From positions 4,768,001 to 4,832,000 of the forward strand of contig CAVWVQ010000003.1 in NCBI GenBank assembly GCA_963758525.1: a stretch of 64,000 bases of DNA, written 5' to 3'. Source of the DNA: an uncultured Phycisphaerales bacterium (GTDB taxonomy: Bacteria > Planctomycetota > Phycisphaerae > Tepidisphaerales > Tepidisphaeraceae). Of the stretch, positions 30,445-40,600 are shown in pieces; position 1 is the stretch's first letter; every line of letters begins with the position of its first letter. Below the pieces are notes generated by a model. That model did no database searches, was not told where the DNA came from, and was given only the letters and a program-made list of their open reading frames with translations. The translations under genes were made by a program, and so were the position numbers.

Positions 30445-31461
30445 ATGACTCACGGTCGCTGCTATTTTCTCGATGTTGGGCAGGGGACCGCCAACGTCAT
30501 TCTTCTCAAGGGGCGGCGAGCGATCGTGCTTGACGCCGGTCCCGCCAAGCACGTGGGTGTGGTGCATCGGCTCCTGAAGGATTTCGCTGGCACGATCGAG
30601 TGTGTGCTGCTCTCGCACCACGATGCCGATCATGTCGCCGGATGGGAGGAGATCGCCGCTGATTTTCAGGGAAACATCGGGACTGTCTGGTGCATCCCTG
30701 ATGCGCATCCCTCGAAAGGGCAGCGCATTGATATCACCATGCACTTGGCGAAGCAGGGAAAAATACCGCTTCCAAGTCCAGCCTTGGTCGACTCGCTGAA
30801 GGCTCCCAAAATAATCTGGCAAGATGACCAAAGCCCAATGCGTCTCGAAATCCTCTATCCGGATCTTTTAGGTCAGTACTCAGCGATCAAAGGGAAAGAC
30901 CACAATCGGGCCAGCGTCGTGGCCGTTCTACGGTGCAATAAGGAATCCATCCTTTTCCCAGGCGATTGTGATATCGAAGCATGGAGACGGTTACGCGATG
31001 TTTCGCCTCACTTGCCGCTGAAAGTCGATCTGTTAGCGGTACCGCACCACGGCGGGCTACCAAGCCAGTCTGCGGCCGACTTGCAGTGGCTCTACAGGGA
31101 TGCCGTGAAGCCCGGCACTGCCATCTTTAGCGTCGGCACATCCAACGACGAGGGACACCCACGCGCAGAAGTGGTTCGGGCGTTACGAGATCAGAGCGTC
31201 CGTGTCATGTGTACCCAGATCACTCCGCAATGCCATACCAGCCTTGAGCCATTGCGGCCTGGAGTGATCCGCCCACTGGCGAAATACTCGACATCAACTG
31301 CTGATCCAAGCTTCACCAGCTCAAAGAAGCTGAGCCGTCATGTTGGTTGTGCGGGGACGGTATATGCCGAAGTGACGGACGACCGAATCATCGTTCAACG
31401 AGTGACTGAACACCGCGATGCTGTGGACAATCGAGTGAAGCATCCGCTGTGTCGCCCATAG
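30445..31461 (+). CDS. ComEC/Rec2-type metallo-beta-lactamase-fold hydrolase (stand-alone)
   Basis: FLDVGQG, SHHDADH, LFPGD, VPHHG, GHP motifs; no TM domain. Confidence 0.88.
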   Translation: MTHGRCYFLDVGQGTANVILLKGRRAIVLDAGPAKHVGVVHRLLKDFAGTIECVLLSHHDADHVAGWEEIAADFQGNIGTVWCIPDAHPSKGQRIDITMHLAKQGKIPLPSPALVDSLKAPKIIWQDDQSPMRLEILYPDLLGQYSAIKGKDHNRASVVAVLRCNKESILFPGDCDIEAWRRLRDVSPHLPLKVDLLAVPHHGGLPSQSAADLQWLYRDAVKPGTAIFSVGTSNDEGHPRAEVVRALRDQSVRVMCTQITPQCHTSLEPLRPGVIRPLAKYSTSTADPSFTSSKKLSRHVGCAGTVYAEVTDDRIIVQRVTEHRDAVDNRVKHPLCRP

Positions 31462-31463
31462 GC

Positions 31464-34400
31464 TTATTCCGCGCCCTTTCTTCCGCGGCTCGCGCCTTTT
31501 GCCGGCGGCGCCCACGCCCTCACCTCATCCACCGTCTTCCCCATCTCCTTCGCCTCGTCGTTGATGAAGTCGCGGTAGTAGTCGCCCAGGCCGACGCCGA
31601 AGTCGGGGTGGATGGCGTTGTGCCACTGTAACACCCAGGGGAGCAGTTCCAGCATCGCGGCCAGCAATGGCACGCGGCGCTCCGGGGGCCAGCCCTCGCG
31701 CTCTTTCATCGCCATGTAATAGGCGGCCACCGCTTGCAGTTGCTGGAGATGGTCGAACCCGGCCCAGGTGATGACCAGCGTCGGGTCGGCATCGCGCTGG
31801 CAGTGGGGGAAGCTGACAAATCGCTCCTTGGGAACGTCCAGTTTGCCGCGGAGGCGCCAGATCGGGCCGGGGAGCATGTCGGCGGATTTGTATTTCGGCG
31901 GCACGGGGATGTCGCCGACCTTCGCCTTCTTCTCGGCCTTGGCCTGCTGCTCGGTCAGGTATTGCGGGTTGGCCTGCCCTGAGCTGTTCGAAGGGTCGAG
32001 CTTCGTTCTGGCGTCGATGGCGTCTTCCAGCTGTTGCAGATCCCACACCTGCTCCCACACCCGCCGGTTCCGCAGGCCCGATTCCTTGTAGCGCAGCACC
32101 GCCAGCGCCGGCACCGCCTCGTCCTCCACCAGTTCAGCCACGAGCTTTGTCAGGTCGAAATCCTCGCGGCCACGGTACAGGGCGGCCACCTGCATGAAGT
32201 CATCGTCCTGTCGCACGCGGTCGGCCAATTGGGCCACGCTCATCACGCGGGGCTCCTTCTCATCCCAAAGCAGCGATCGCGGAGATAGTGCTTCCGGCTT
32301 CTTTGCTTCAACATCTTCGTGGTCGGAGACGACCAACGGCCATCCTTCAAGCCGGCCCAAGAGCCAAATGCCGCATGCGTCCGAAAGCTCGTTTCCCGTT
32401 CGATTGTGATTGAATAGCCCTTGGATGCCGATCCAGCGCCGTTTGTAGTGCGGTTCCTCAATTAGCTGTAGCTCTGGGGATTGTGAGATTGCTGCGATCC
32501 GCTTCAGCCAAAGGGAGCGTGCCGGCTCCGGCCAGTCTTGCGAAACTGAAGCAGGGACCGAAAACCCGTCGACGTTGCGCTGGGCAACGATACAGAATGG
32601 GCGATCACCAGCGTCGAGTAATGGCTGATCTGGCGCTTCGATTGGACCCAGCGTTGCTTCGGTGCAGAGTCCGAACATGACATAGCAGGTGAAATCAATT
32701 TCCTCTTGGAGCCAGATCATTTTTGAACGTAGTTGTTGACGTATTTTCGTCCAATCTGCCCAGCGATTGCTGAGCGCGGTTGTGGTCGTGGCACCGGACG
32801 CCAAACATCGTTTAGCAGTCAACGCGGCATATTGTACTGACAACTGATCCTGGCGATCGGCAAGTTGCTGCATCCGATCTCGTAGCTTGCCGGACAGCCA
32901 AGCTGCCGGGATCGGGAGATTAGCGAGCATTGTGCCATTGAAGGCATAGGGAACCTTAGACCTTTCGCTTATGCGTATGCCATCACCACCCATCATTTGC
33001 TTCTGATGGGCGACCTGTTTCATCCAGAAGCACGTCGTGGAGCTATTGAGGAGCCCGAGTAGGGTTAGGTGCTGGTCAACAGTTGCGTCGGCGGGGAGCT
33101 TGATGATCGGCGCAGTATTTTTGAATACCTTTCCACCGCGATCGAGCAGAAAATGGTTGTGTGTTGCGACTTCCGCAAACACTATTGAGAGCGGCGTTCG
33201 GCGCAGCGGCTCGGCCAATAGGCCGTATTCGTACCACGCGAGTCCACGTTCAAACTGCGTTTTCCGAAACCACGCACGATTTTGAAGGTTCGTTTTGAGG
33301 GGCCATAGTGCTCGCTCCACCGGGGTACTCGGAGCTACGACTCTGTTACTGGCGTCGTAGGGGAAGATGACTGCTACACATTCTGCCAGCAGCCAGTCTC
33401 TGATTCGGTCGCCTTCAACGAAGCCAATAGAGTCAGTAGCGCCAAGCCCCTTCCTGCGGAATACGAGAGGTTCGTCGGAAAACGCATCGTCTTCAAGCGT
33501 CACCACGCCAATTCCGGTTCGGTCAATCACTTCGCTCAGGACGTTGCCCTCCGCATCATCCAGCGTCGCTTTCAATTCGGCCGCACCGCCACCGCCGATG
33601 CTCCAAGGGTGGTGGTGAAAGCTGTGAAGATCGGTATCGGAGACGCTGACAAATGCGCTCTGAGTGCCGGGATTGTCGATCTGGTCAAGGATGGCAGACC
33701 ATACATTTCCGCGTGCCGGATCGGCGGGTGTAGACGGCTCGCCTTTAATACCCATCACGGCGCGGATGGTAGAACTTGTCGGACGGCGATTCCGCCCGAA
33801 GAGAATCACCGTCGGCGTACCGTGTCCGGGGATGTAGGCACCCGCCGTGTCAACGACATGCGTCAGTTCCCACCGAGGTATGTACTGTTCGATCAGCTTC
33901 TTGCCGAACTCGCGTTTCATGAAGCTGTTTGAGGTGATCATGCCAACAAATCCTGCGGGAAACTCAACTCGACTGTCTGCGGCAGTATCGGTTGAGAGAC
34001 AAACAGCTAGGTCAAAGAATCGCTGAAAGAATGGCACTGCTAGCGAATACTTCATGTGGCAGGAGCCGAACTTCTGCCGGTACTCCTCGTTAAGGGCCTT
34101 GTCCTTAGGAGTGATGTACGGCGGGTTACCCACGACGGCGTGGTAACGCTGGCCGAGGATGTTTCGGAGGAGCGGTGCATCTTCCGTCTCATAGACATGG
34201 CCGATCGGGTCCGCTCCAAACATGAAGTCTTGGCGCCCGCTGGCCCCTTTTGTCTGGTCGCCACGATCATCGAGAAGCGGCCCATGCAGCAGCGAGTCCC
34301 CCGCGGCGACATGAATCGTGAACCCCGGAGCATCAGCAAGCCGGTGGATGTCACAAGCCCGCAGCGCGGCGACGAGCAAACGAAAACGGGCGATGGCAAC

Positions 34401-35297
34401 GGCGTACGGATTGAGGTCCACGCCATACACCCCGTCGAGCGCCCGCTGGGCCAGCACGCGGATGTTGGTGGCCGGCTCGTGTTTCACCCACAGATCGAAC
34501 AGGCGATGGAAACCGCCGAGCAGGAAGTGGCCTGAACCGCAGGTGGGGTCGATCATCCGCACCTGCTGGAAGCCGAACTCGGCGATGGCCGGCGTGAGCG
34601 TGCGATCGAGGATGAACTCCTCGACAAAGACCGGTGTCTGGAGCAGGGCGAACTTCTTGCGAGCGGATTCACTCAAGTCCTGGTAGAGGTCGCCGAGGAA
34701 GCGGGTGGGATCTTGGGGAAGGCACGGAGGCACGGAGGCACTGAGGCACGAAGGTTCGGAAAAGACAGGGTCCGTAAAATCATGGATTAGCAGGCCGGTG
34801 CTGGCATCGCGCCGGAGGAAGAAATTGCGGAGGGCCATGGCGCCGTCGCCGCTGACGCCGAGAGACCAGAGGGGGTTGTGGCGTTTGTCGAACAGCTCCT
34901 TCATGGCCGGAAGCTGGGCGACCTGCTCGAAGACCCACTGGAGGTACTCGCGGTCGGAGTGCGTGGGGTGTTTCTGGAAGTAGAGTGTGTGCTCATCCTC
35001 AGCCCGCTGTCGGCGCTCGCCAGGTCCCGACAGTCGCGGCGGGTCGATCAGGTGGTTGTCTTCGCAGAAGCGGACGAACACACATCCGAGAATCCACGCG
35101 ACGCCCGCTTGGGTGATCTGCTCATCCCGCCAGACTTCATACGCCTGGGCGGTGCGGTTGGCCGCCTTGGCAGCGGCGTATTGGTCGTGTAGCGGCTGAT
35201 CGACTTCAGCTTGATTGGTGCAGCGCTGGCGAAGATCGGACTCCAGCGTGACCAGGAGCCTTTGCAAGTCGGCGAGTAAGGCTTTGGCGTTGATCAT
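31464..35297 (-). CDS. pglX: BREX-2 adenine-specific DNA methyltransferase PglX
   Basis: TRFLGDLYQDLS, DPTCGSGHFL, VVGNPPY, NSFMKREFGK, PVPPKY, RGKLDVPKERF. Confidence 0.95.
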   Translation of the reverse strand: MINAKALLADLQRLLVTLESDLRQRCTNQAEVDQPLHDQYAAAKAANRTAQAYEVWRDEQITQAGVAWILGCVFVRFCEDNHLIDPPRLSGPGERRQRAEDEHTLYFQKHPTHSDREYLQWVFEQVAQLPAMKELFDKRHNPLWSLGVSGDGAMALRNFFLRRDASTGLLIHDFTDPVFSEPSCLSASVPPCLPQDPTRFLGDLYQDLSESARKKFALLQTPVFVEEFILDRTLTPAIAEFGFQQVRMIDPTCGSGHFLLGGFHRLFDLWVKHEPATNIRVLAQRALDGVYGVDLNPYAVAIARFRLLVAALRACDIHRLADAPGFTIHVAAGDSLLHGPLLDDRGDQTKGASGRQDFMFGADPIGHVYETEDAPLLRNILGQRYHAVVGNPPYITPKDKALNEEYRQKFGSCHMKYSLAVPFFQRFFDLAVCLSTDTAADSRVEFPAGFVGMITSNSFMKREFGKKLIEQYIPRWELTHVVDTAGAYIPGHGTPTVILFGRNRRPTSSTIRAVMGIKGEPSTPADPARGNVWSAILDQIDNPGTQSAFVSVSDTDLHSFHHHPWSIGGGGAAELKATLDDAEGNVLSEVIDRTGIGVVTLEDDAFSDEPLVFRRKGLGATDSIGFVEGDRIRDWLLAECVAVIFPYDASNRVVAPSTPVERALWPLKTNLQNRAWFRKTQFERGLAWYEYGLLAEPLRRTPLSIVFAEVATHNHFLLDRGGKVFKNTAPIIKLPADATVDQHLTLLGLLNSSTTCFWMKQVAHQKQMMGGDGIRISERSKVPYAFNGTMLANLPIPAAWLSGKLRDRMQQLADRQDQLSVQYAALTAKRCLASGATTTTALSNRWADWTKIRQQLRSKMIWLQEEIDFTCYVMFGLCTEATLGPIEAPDQPLLDAGDRPFCIVAQRNVDGFSVPASVSQDWPEPARSLWLKRIAAISQSPELQLIEEPHYKRRWIGIQGLFNHNRTGNELSDACGIWLLGRLEGWPLVVSDHEDVEAKKPEALSPRSLLWDEKEPRVMSVAQLADRVRQDDDFMQVAALYRGREDFDLTKLVAELVEDEAVPALAVLRYKESGLRNRRVWEQVWDLQQLEDAIDARTKLDPSNSSGQANPQYLTEQQAKAEKKAKVGDIPVPPKYKSADMLPGPIWRLRGKLDVPKERFVSFPHCQRDADPTLVITWAGFDHLQQLQAVAAYYMAMKEREGWPPERRVPLLAAMLELLPWVLQWHNAIHPDFGVGLGDYYRDFINDEAKEMGKTVDEVRAWAPPAKGASRGRKGAE
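34720..34754. repeat. 8-bp tandem repeat (aggcacgg, aggcacgg, aggcactg, aggcacga, agg) inside pglX
   Basis: Read directly from sequence; encodes PSCLSASVPPCL. Confidence 0.85.
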
Positions 35298-35312
35298 TTT
35301 CGACGATTGCTT

Positions 35313-36344
35313 TCACAGCTTGGTGTTATTTAGATTCGCTTTCTGATCCTTTAGCGCGACCGCGGCGGCGTGCGCATTCTCCAGTGACCCGATGAGCGCG
35401 TGGAGGCTGCGTACGAACTTTGTAGCTGGTTCTTCCGCTGCCTCGGCAAGATCTTCGCGGGAGTCGGTATTGTTATCGCAAAGTTCCCGAAGCCGCTTGT
35501 CGGCAGCCGCTTCTCGAACCGATGTTGCTGAAACCAGATCAATCGTGCCTAGAGCCGGTCGGTATCGGTATTGCGTGGCCCAGCGCGATGCGAGATCTTC
35601 CGCATCTTCCGCAAGCATACTTGCCGTTCTTCTGTCGCTATCACTCAACACAGCTTGAAAGCTGTCGTAGACGATTCCCTTCCAGTCGTCGCGGAACCCA
35701 TGGTCGAAGCTCCGCGATAATCCTTCCAGTGCACGTGAGTACACGAGTTGCAAAGCCCCAAGCAGGTCCCCGATTTCAGCTGCGAGTTTTGACGCTGCTA
35801 AGTCCTGGTACGCGTCAACCTCAGCCATGAGTTTGGGGAGTAGAGCGTTTAGAACCGCGGCGATCTGCTCAGGATCGGTGAGCAGAATACCGGCCTCATA
35901 ATTTGCTTTCGTCCCCGGAGTGAAATTCGCCGAGCCAATGTAGGCAATATTTTCTGTGGCGACGATCTTGCTGTGATTGTGATGGTTAAAATAGACGGAC
36001 GTCTTGGGGGGAAGTGTCTCTGGCGCAAGCCGGCGGAAATGTTCGTCGATGTCTTTCCGTGCCTTTGCTCGATTCTCGTCACTCCAATCGTGATCGCCGT
36101 AGGAATCGCGGCGCGAGGGTATCCTGCAAATGATAACAGACGTCCGGTCGGCGCGATGCTCACGTATGTGATGCAACAGATCCTTGTCTCCGTTGAGTAT
36201 CGCCCACGTCACCACGTAGAATCGCTTGGATGTCTTCGCATCATCAAGAACTCGCTGAAAGGCGTATTCGTTCCGCGTCAGGAGGAGTTCGATGTTCGCC
36301 GCTAAATCAAGTTGTTCGTGAATCGCCTGGGTCGGGTCAGTCAT
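35313..36344 (-). CDS. Phospholipase D-family nuclease-like protein
   Basis: NHSKIVATENIAYIGSANFT (HxKx4E...GSAN) and NYEAG; helical C-terminus. Confidence 0.82.
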   Translation of the reverse strand: MTDPTQAIHEQLDLAANIELLLTRNEYAFQRVLDDAKTSKRFYVVTWAILNGDKDLLHHIREHRADRTSVIICRIPSRRDSYGDHDWSDENRAKARKDIDEHFRRLAPETLPPKTSVYFNHHNHSKIVATENIAYIGSANFTPGTKANYEAGILLTDPEQIAAVLNALLPKLMAEVDAYQDLAASKLAAEIGDLLGALQLVYSRALEGLSRSFDHGFRDDWKGIVYDSFQAVLSDSDRRTASMLAEDAEDLASRWATQYRYRPALGTIDLVSATSVREAAADKRLRELCDNNTDSREDLAEAAEEPATKFVRSLHALIGSLENAHAAAVALKDQKANLNNTKL

Positions 36345-36413
36345 CGGGTTACTGTCCTTCCTCTTGTCGGTGATCGTGTGTTACGGCGGTAGCCACCAAT
36401 GCTTTTTCTGGGC

Positions 36414-37196
36414 CTATTTCGCATCTAGGTGCGGAACGGAGGACATCTTGAGCGACAATTCGTATTCCCTCAACTCGACGTTGGGGAGGTCGGCGGTCGC
36501 GTAGCGAATTTTCTCGGAGATGGACTGGCCGATGATGACGCCACGAACCATCTTCCCACCGGCGATGTGACGCTTCACCCAGCCGAGGTATCGCATGAGC
36601 TGGCCGCAGACAGTATCGGGAGCTTGATCGACTTTCAGCTCGATCACGACGAGTGTGCCACGGCTGTCGACGGCTAGGATGTCGATGCGACCAACCTCGG
36701 TGACGTACTCGATTCCGTCGACGTCATCCTGCACAAAGAGCTGCAAACCGGGCTCGATGTCGGAAAGGTGAAGCGCCAAGTAATCGCGCAAGTGGGCTTC
36801 GGCAGCGAAGCCCTGACTGGTGCCTTCACCAATGGCAGGCTCGTCCTCGTCGCCGGGTGTTCCAGCAGCTACCTTCATCAAGCCAGAATCGGTTTCGACA
36901 ATCCGCCACGGCCCCTGTTTAACCGGATCGTACCATTCCAGCTTTCCTCTCTCGGGCCGAAACAGGAAGTCATACTGCGTGTTGGCGGCACGCGGTTTCT
37001 TGTTTTCAGGATAGTGGACCCGTGAAGCGTGGTTGACGGTACAGACGATTATCTGGCATTGAATCGTGCTGAGGTTCGTCCCCGGGTACTTTCTTAAAAT
37101 CCAGTCGCGGACTGCGACGTTCGTCGTGGGACTTCCGAGTGCCTCGACGGCCTCCTTGATCATCTGCCAGACGTAGGGCTGTTTCAGATCCTTCAT
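36414..37196 (-). CDS. NucS/EndoMS-like PD-(D/E)XK endonuclease with N-terminal winged-helix domain
   Basis: EAHLRDYL, GRIDILAVD, VIELK, GQLMRYLGWV. Confidence 0.82.
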   Translation of the reverse strand: MKDLKQPYVWQMIKEAVEALGSPTTNVAVRDWILRKYPGTNLSTIQCQIIVCTVNHASRVHYPENKKPRAANTQYDFLFRPERGKLEWYDPVKQGPWRIVETDSGLMKVAAGTPGDEDEPAIGEGTSQGFAAEAHLRDYLALHLSDIEPGLQLFVQDDVDGIEYVTEVGRIDILAVDSRGTLVVIELKVDQAPDTVCGQLMRYLGWVKRHIAGGKMVRGVIIGQSISEKIRYATADLPNVELREYELSLKMSSVPHLDAK

Positions 37197-37262
37197 TCAT
37201 CATCTCCTGCGGCTCATAGCAAAACCCGTGGATGTCAAGCTAAACCGACCGTCGCTCAACAG

Positions 37263-37559
37263 TCATGAAGCAGGACCATCTGATGTCGATATCTTCCTTA
37301 TCCATGTCATAAGCTCTTTCTCCGTCTCGATCACATGCGGATTCTGTTTCAAATTCTCATGAAGCGAAAACTCACTGTACCCTGTCGGCATGTGAGTGGC
37401 CTTAGATACCACAAACGAATTTGGTTTTGATCGCGTTAGATTTGTCATGAGGCTGCGAGCAGGAAGTCCGCCACACGTTGCTCCAACCGCCTCATAGGTC
37501 GCTCGTTGGTGGTGAGTGCTCAGGAGTTTGATCACGTCGTTCAGGTCTTCCATCCCCAT
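37263..37559 (-). CDS. Small protein resembling ATL/MGMT DNA-binding domain
   Basis: ATYEAVGATCGGLPARSL...FVVSKATHMPTG pattern; between pglW and NucS-like gene. Confidence 0.5.
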   Translation of the reverse strand: MGMEDLNDVIKLLSTHHQRATYEAVGATCGGLPARSLMTNLTRSKPNSFVVSKATHMPTGYSEFSLHENLKQNPHVIETEKELMTWIRKISTSDGPAS

Positions 37560-37618
37560 ATCGTTTCCTTTTTTCCAACGTTGCTGGCCTTGGTCTTTGC
37601 CGTGAACCAGATGCGGTT

Positions 37619-40600
37619 TCACGAAGGCGTTTCCACGTGCCCTCGGTGTTCATTTGTCAGCCATGCGTCCGGAACCCAGGCCCACTGGCCGTGCCCCAGC
37701 ACGGGAACCGGGCGATTGTCGATCGTGGGAAGCGATTTCTGGTGATCGGTGGCAGCGAGGATGAGCCAGATGCCCGGCACGCTGCCATCGCGGCCGCTGC
37801 CGTCGCGCAGGTGTTCAAGAAATTGGAGCTGCTCGTATCGCGCGATGAGGCCGGGGTACATCAGGATCACCGGGCGATCCATGGCAAGCACTTGTTTTTC
37901 GACTTCGGCGACGGCGGCTTTGACAAGGAGCTGGAGCTTTTGCCAGTCACGGCCAGTGGACCCATCGGCGTCGGCCTTGAGGACAACGCTCCAGTCAACC
38001 TTGCGGATGGAGGCTTGCCGTTGGAGTTCCTTGATGACCAGATCATCGAGACTCCTGACATCGAGCCCGAAGCGATCTGCCATGTCGCCGGCGCATCGCT
38101 GCACATGGCGTGGGGCAACGGAGAGCGCAATGAAGCTGCCGCTTTGGAGGGATCGCCTGAGGCGATCGTCAAAGTCGCGCGCCTCGGCAACCTCAGGACT
38201 GACTGCGAGTGAGACGGTGTTGGCTGTTCCATAGCGCGGCAAAGTCGACGTGAATGTGGTGGTGGCCAGCACTTCGGTGGGGAGGACATACGCCTGCTTG
38301 CCTTCGTCCCAGCGAAGGGTCCAGCCCGCTTCTTTGAGAAGGTGATCAATCTCGGGGCGGGTGGGAAGCGGTTCGGCGCCGGGATAACGGCCGCTGACAC
38401 GCTCGCGAATCTGGTCGAGGGTGACCTCGGTCGATCCTGAAAGCGCGCCGACGGCAAGCTTTAACGCGCGGCTTGCAGCCATGCCGCGGGGATAGATCTC
38501 CATGCGGCTGGAGACGGCGGCGCCATTGGACGCGGCGGCGGCGAGCTTGAGCAGCCGGGTGTCGTCGATGTACGGGGATTTTTCCGGGCGTTTGATCCGG
38601 CGGAGTGATTCGATCGCACGCTGCGGTGTGACCAATGGCTCAGCACCGGCGAGCTTGTCGGCTTCGTCACCGACACGGACTGCGTAGTCGCAGAGAGCGT
38701 TGGGATCTTCCTCGTCATACGCTTTGGCGACCAGATTTAATTCACCCCGGCGGCGGGTGGCCAGCCGCGGCTGGACGAGGCCCCGTTCGGCTTCGACCGC
38801 AGCGCGGACGGCCGCTGAAGCGAGCAGCGACCGCTGCGGCTCGCGGAGGGTGGAACCGCGCGTTGCCAGTAATGCGCCAGCAAGTTCCGCGGCGGACATG
38901 ACCCCGCCCTGGCTTTCCAGAATTTCCAGCAGTTCATCGCGGACGAAGGTAACGGACTTGTTTTTGAGCCAACGACGGCGTGCACTGTCGATCCATTGAT
39001 TCACCCGCGCGGTGCTGACCTTCATCTGTTTGCCGATGTCGGTCTGCGTGGGCCAATAGCCGCGGGCGGGAGTATCGAGTCGGTCGAGATTCAAGAATGC
39101 CCGGATTGCCTGAGATTCCAGATCTGCTTCTTTGCTCGGCCTGCCGCCGGTGATGCTCTGGACCAGGAGTTCGACACTCCGGACCACATCGCCGGAATCA
39201 CCGTCCGTGGTGGTCACTGAATCTGCGGTGGCGGAGGGCTGAACGTCCGGGAAACGAGCGCGAAGCTTGGTGACCGCCTCCGCGAGGTGCCGGCGCGTCT
39301 TGTTGCCGACGCCCTTCATCTTGTAGATGCGCTTGGTCGGCACCTGGAGCAATTCGCGCACGGTGTTCACGCTCAAGCGGTCGAGCGCCGTCACGGCGCG
39401 TGAGAAAAGCCCCAGGGAGGCCACGGGAGTATCCAACGTGCAGTTCGCGATGGATTTATCCAGATCGGGCGACGCTACAGAATCCTGGGTGTGTGACAGG
39501 CGCGTGGCCGAGAGGAACGCATCCCGCCAGGCCTTGAGCATGTCGCGGCAGTTGTCGAAACGCTGGGTGGGATCGCGGCGGAACGCCTTCGCAAAGAACG
39601 GAAGCAGGCCGTCGCGCACCTCCGCGTCGAATTTCTCGCCGTCGATTGTGGCTTCCGAGGTAAGCACTGATGGATCGGAGCGGCCGTCGCCCCACTTGGG
39701 AAGGTCGCCGGTGGCCATCTCATACAACGTGGCCGCCGCGGACCACCGCTCGGCCGGCAGGTCCCATCGCTGCGGCTTGCGGACCGTCAGAAACGGGTCC
39801 ATGTAACGGGAGGTGCCGGCGCGAATGTTTTCCGCGGGAGTTCGGGCCAGGGAGAAGTCGAAGAGCACCAGATGCAGTTCGTTGCCGCGGCCGACGGGCA
39901 TGACGCCAATATTGTCGGGCTTGATGTCGCGATGCGGTACGCCTTTTTGTTCGAGCCAGTCGATCGTCACGAGAAGATCTTCACCAAACCGCTGCAGCAG
40001 ATCGGGATGGAGCTTGCCTTCATCGCTGATGCGCTTGGCGAGAGTTTCGTTGCCCGCGCGCTGCATGAGAATCCCGGTCAGGCCGCTGAGCTGTACGGTG
40101 CGATCGACCTCAACAATGTATTGATGGCGCAGTTTGCGGAGGACATCGGCTTCGTCTGCGAGCCGGCTGCTGAACTCCGGTCCCCGGGCGACTTTTAACA
40201 CGCGCTCGGTGCCGTGATCGTCGACGAGATAGACCTCAGACGTGGAGCCGGAACCAATACGGCTCTTGATGATCAGGCCGCCCTCAAGGCGGTCGTTGAT
40301 CTTGCGCCCAGGGGGTGGGCGACTTGCTCGGGCTCGGGACTGGTCAACTGATCTTCCACCTGCTCAAGCTGCTTGAGGAACTCATCGACGGTGGCGTAGC
40401 GGCTGGTGACTTCCGGGAAGGTTGAGAACTGGATCAATTCCTGAAGCGCGGGCGAAGTGCCGTCGACGGCCGTGGAAATCTGCAGGCCCTCAGAATCGCG
40501 GATTTTCTGATGCAGTTCGATGAAACTGGTAGCCGGCGGTCGCCCGGCGAAGAGGTGGTACGCCAGCGCACCCAGAGAAAAGACGTCGAGATGTTCGCCA

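Noticed and set aside
30445..31461. Competence gene comEC or antibiotic beta-lactamase
   Set aside because: No membrane competence domain or signal peptide; defence-island context
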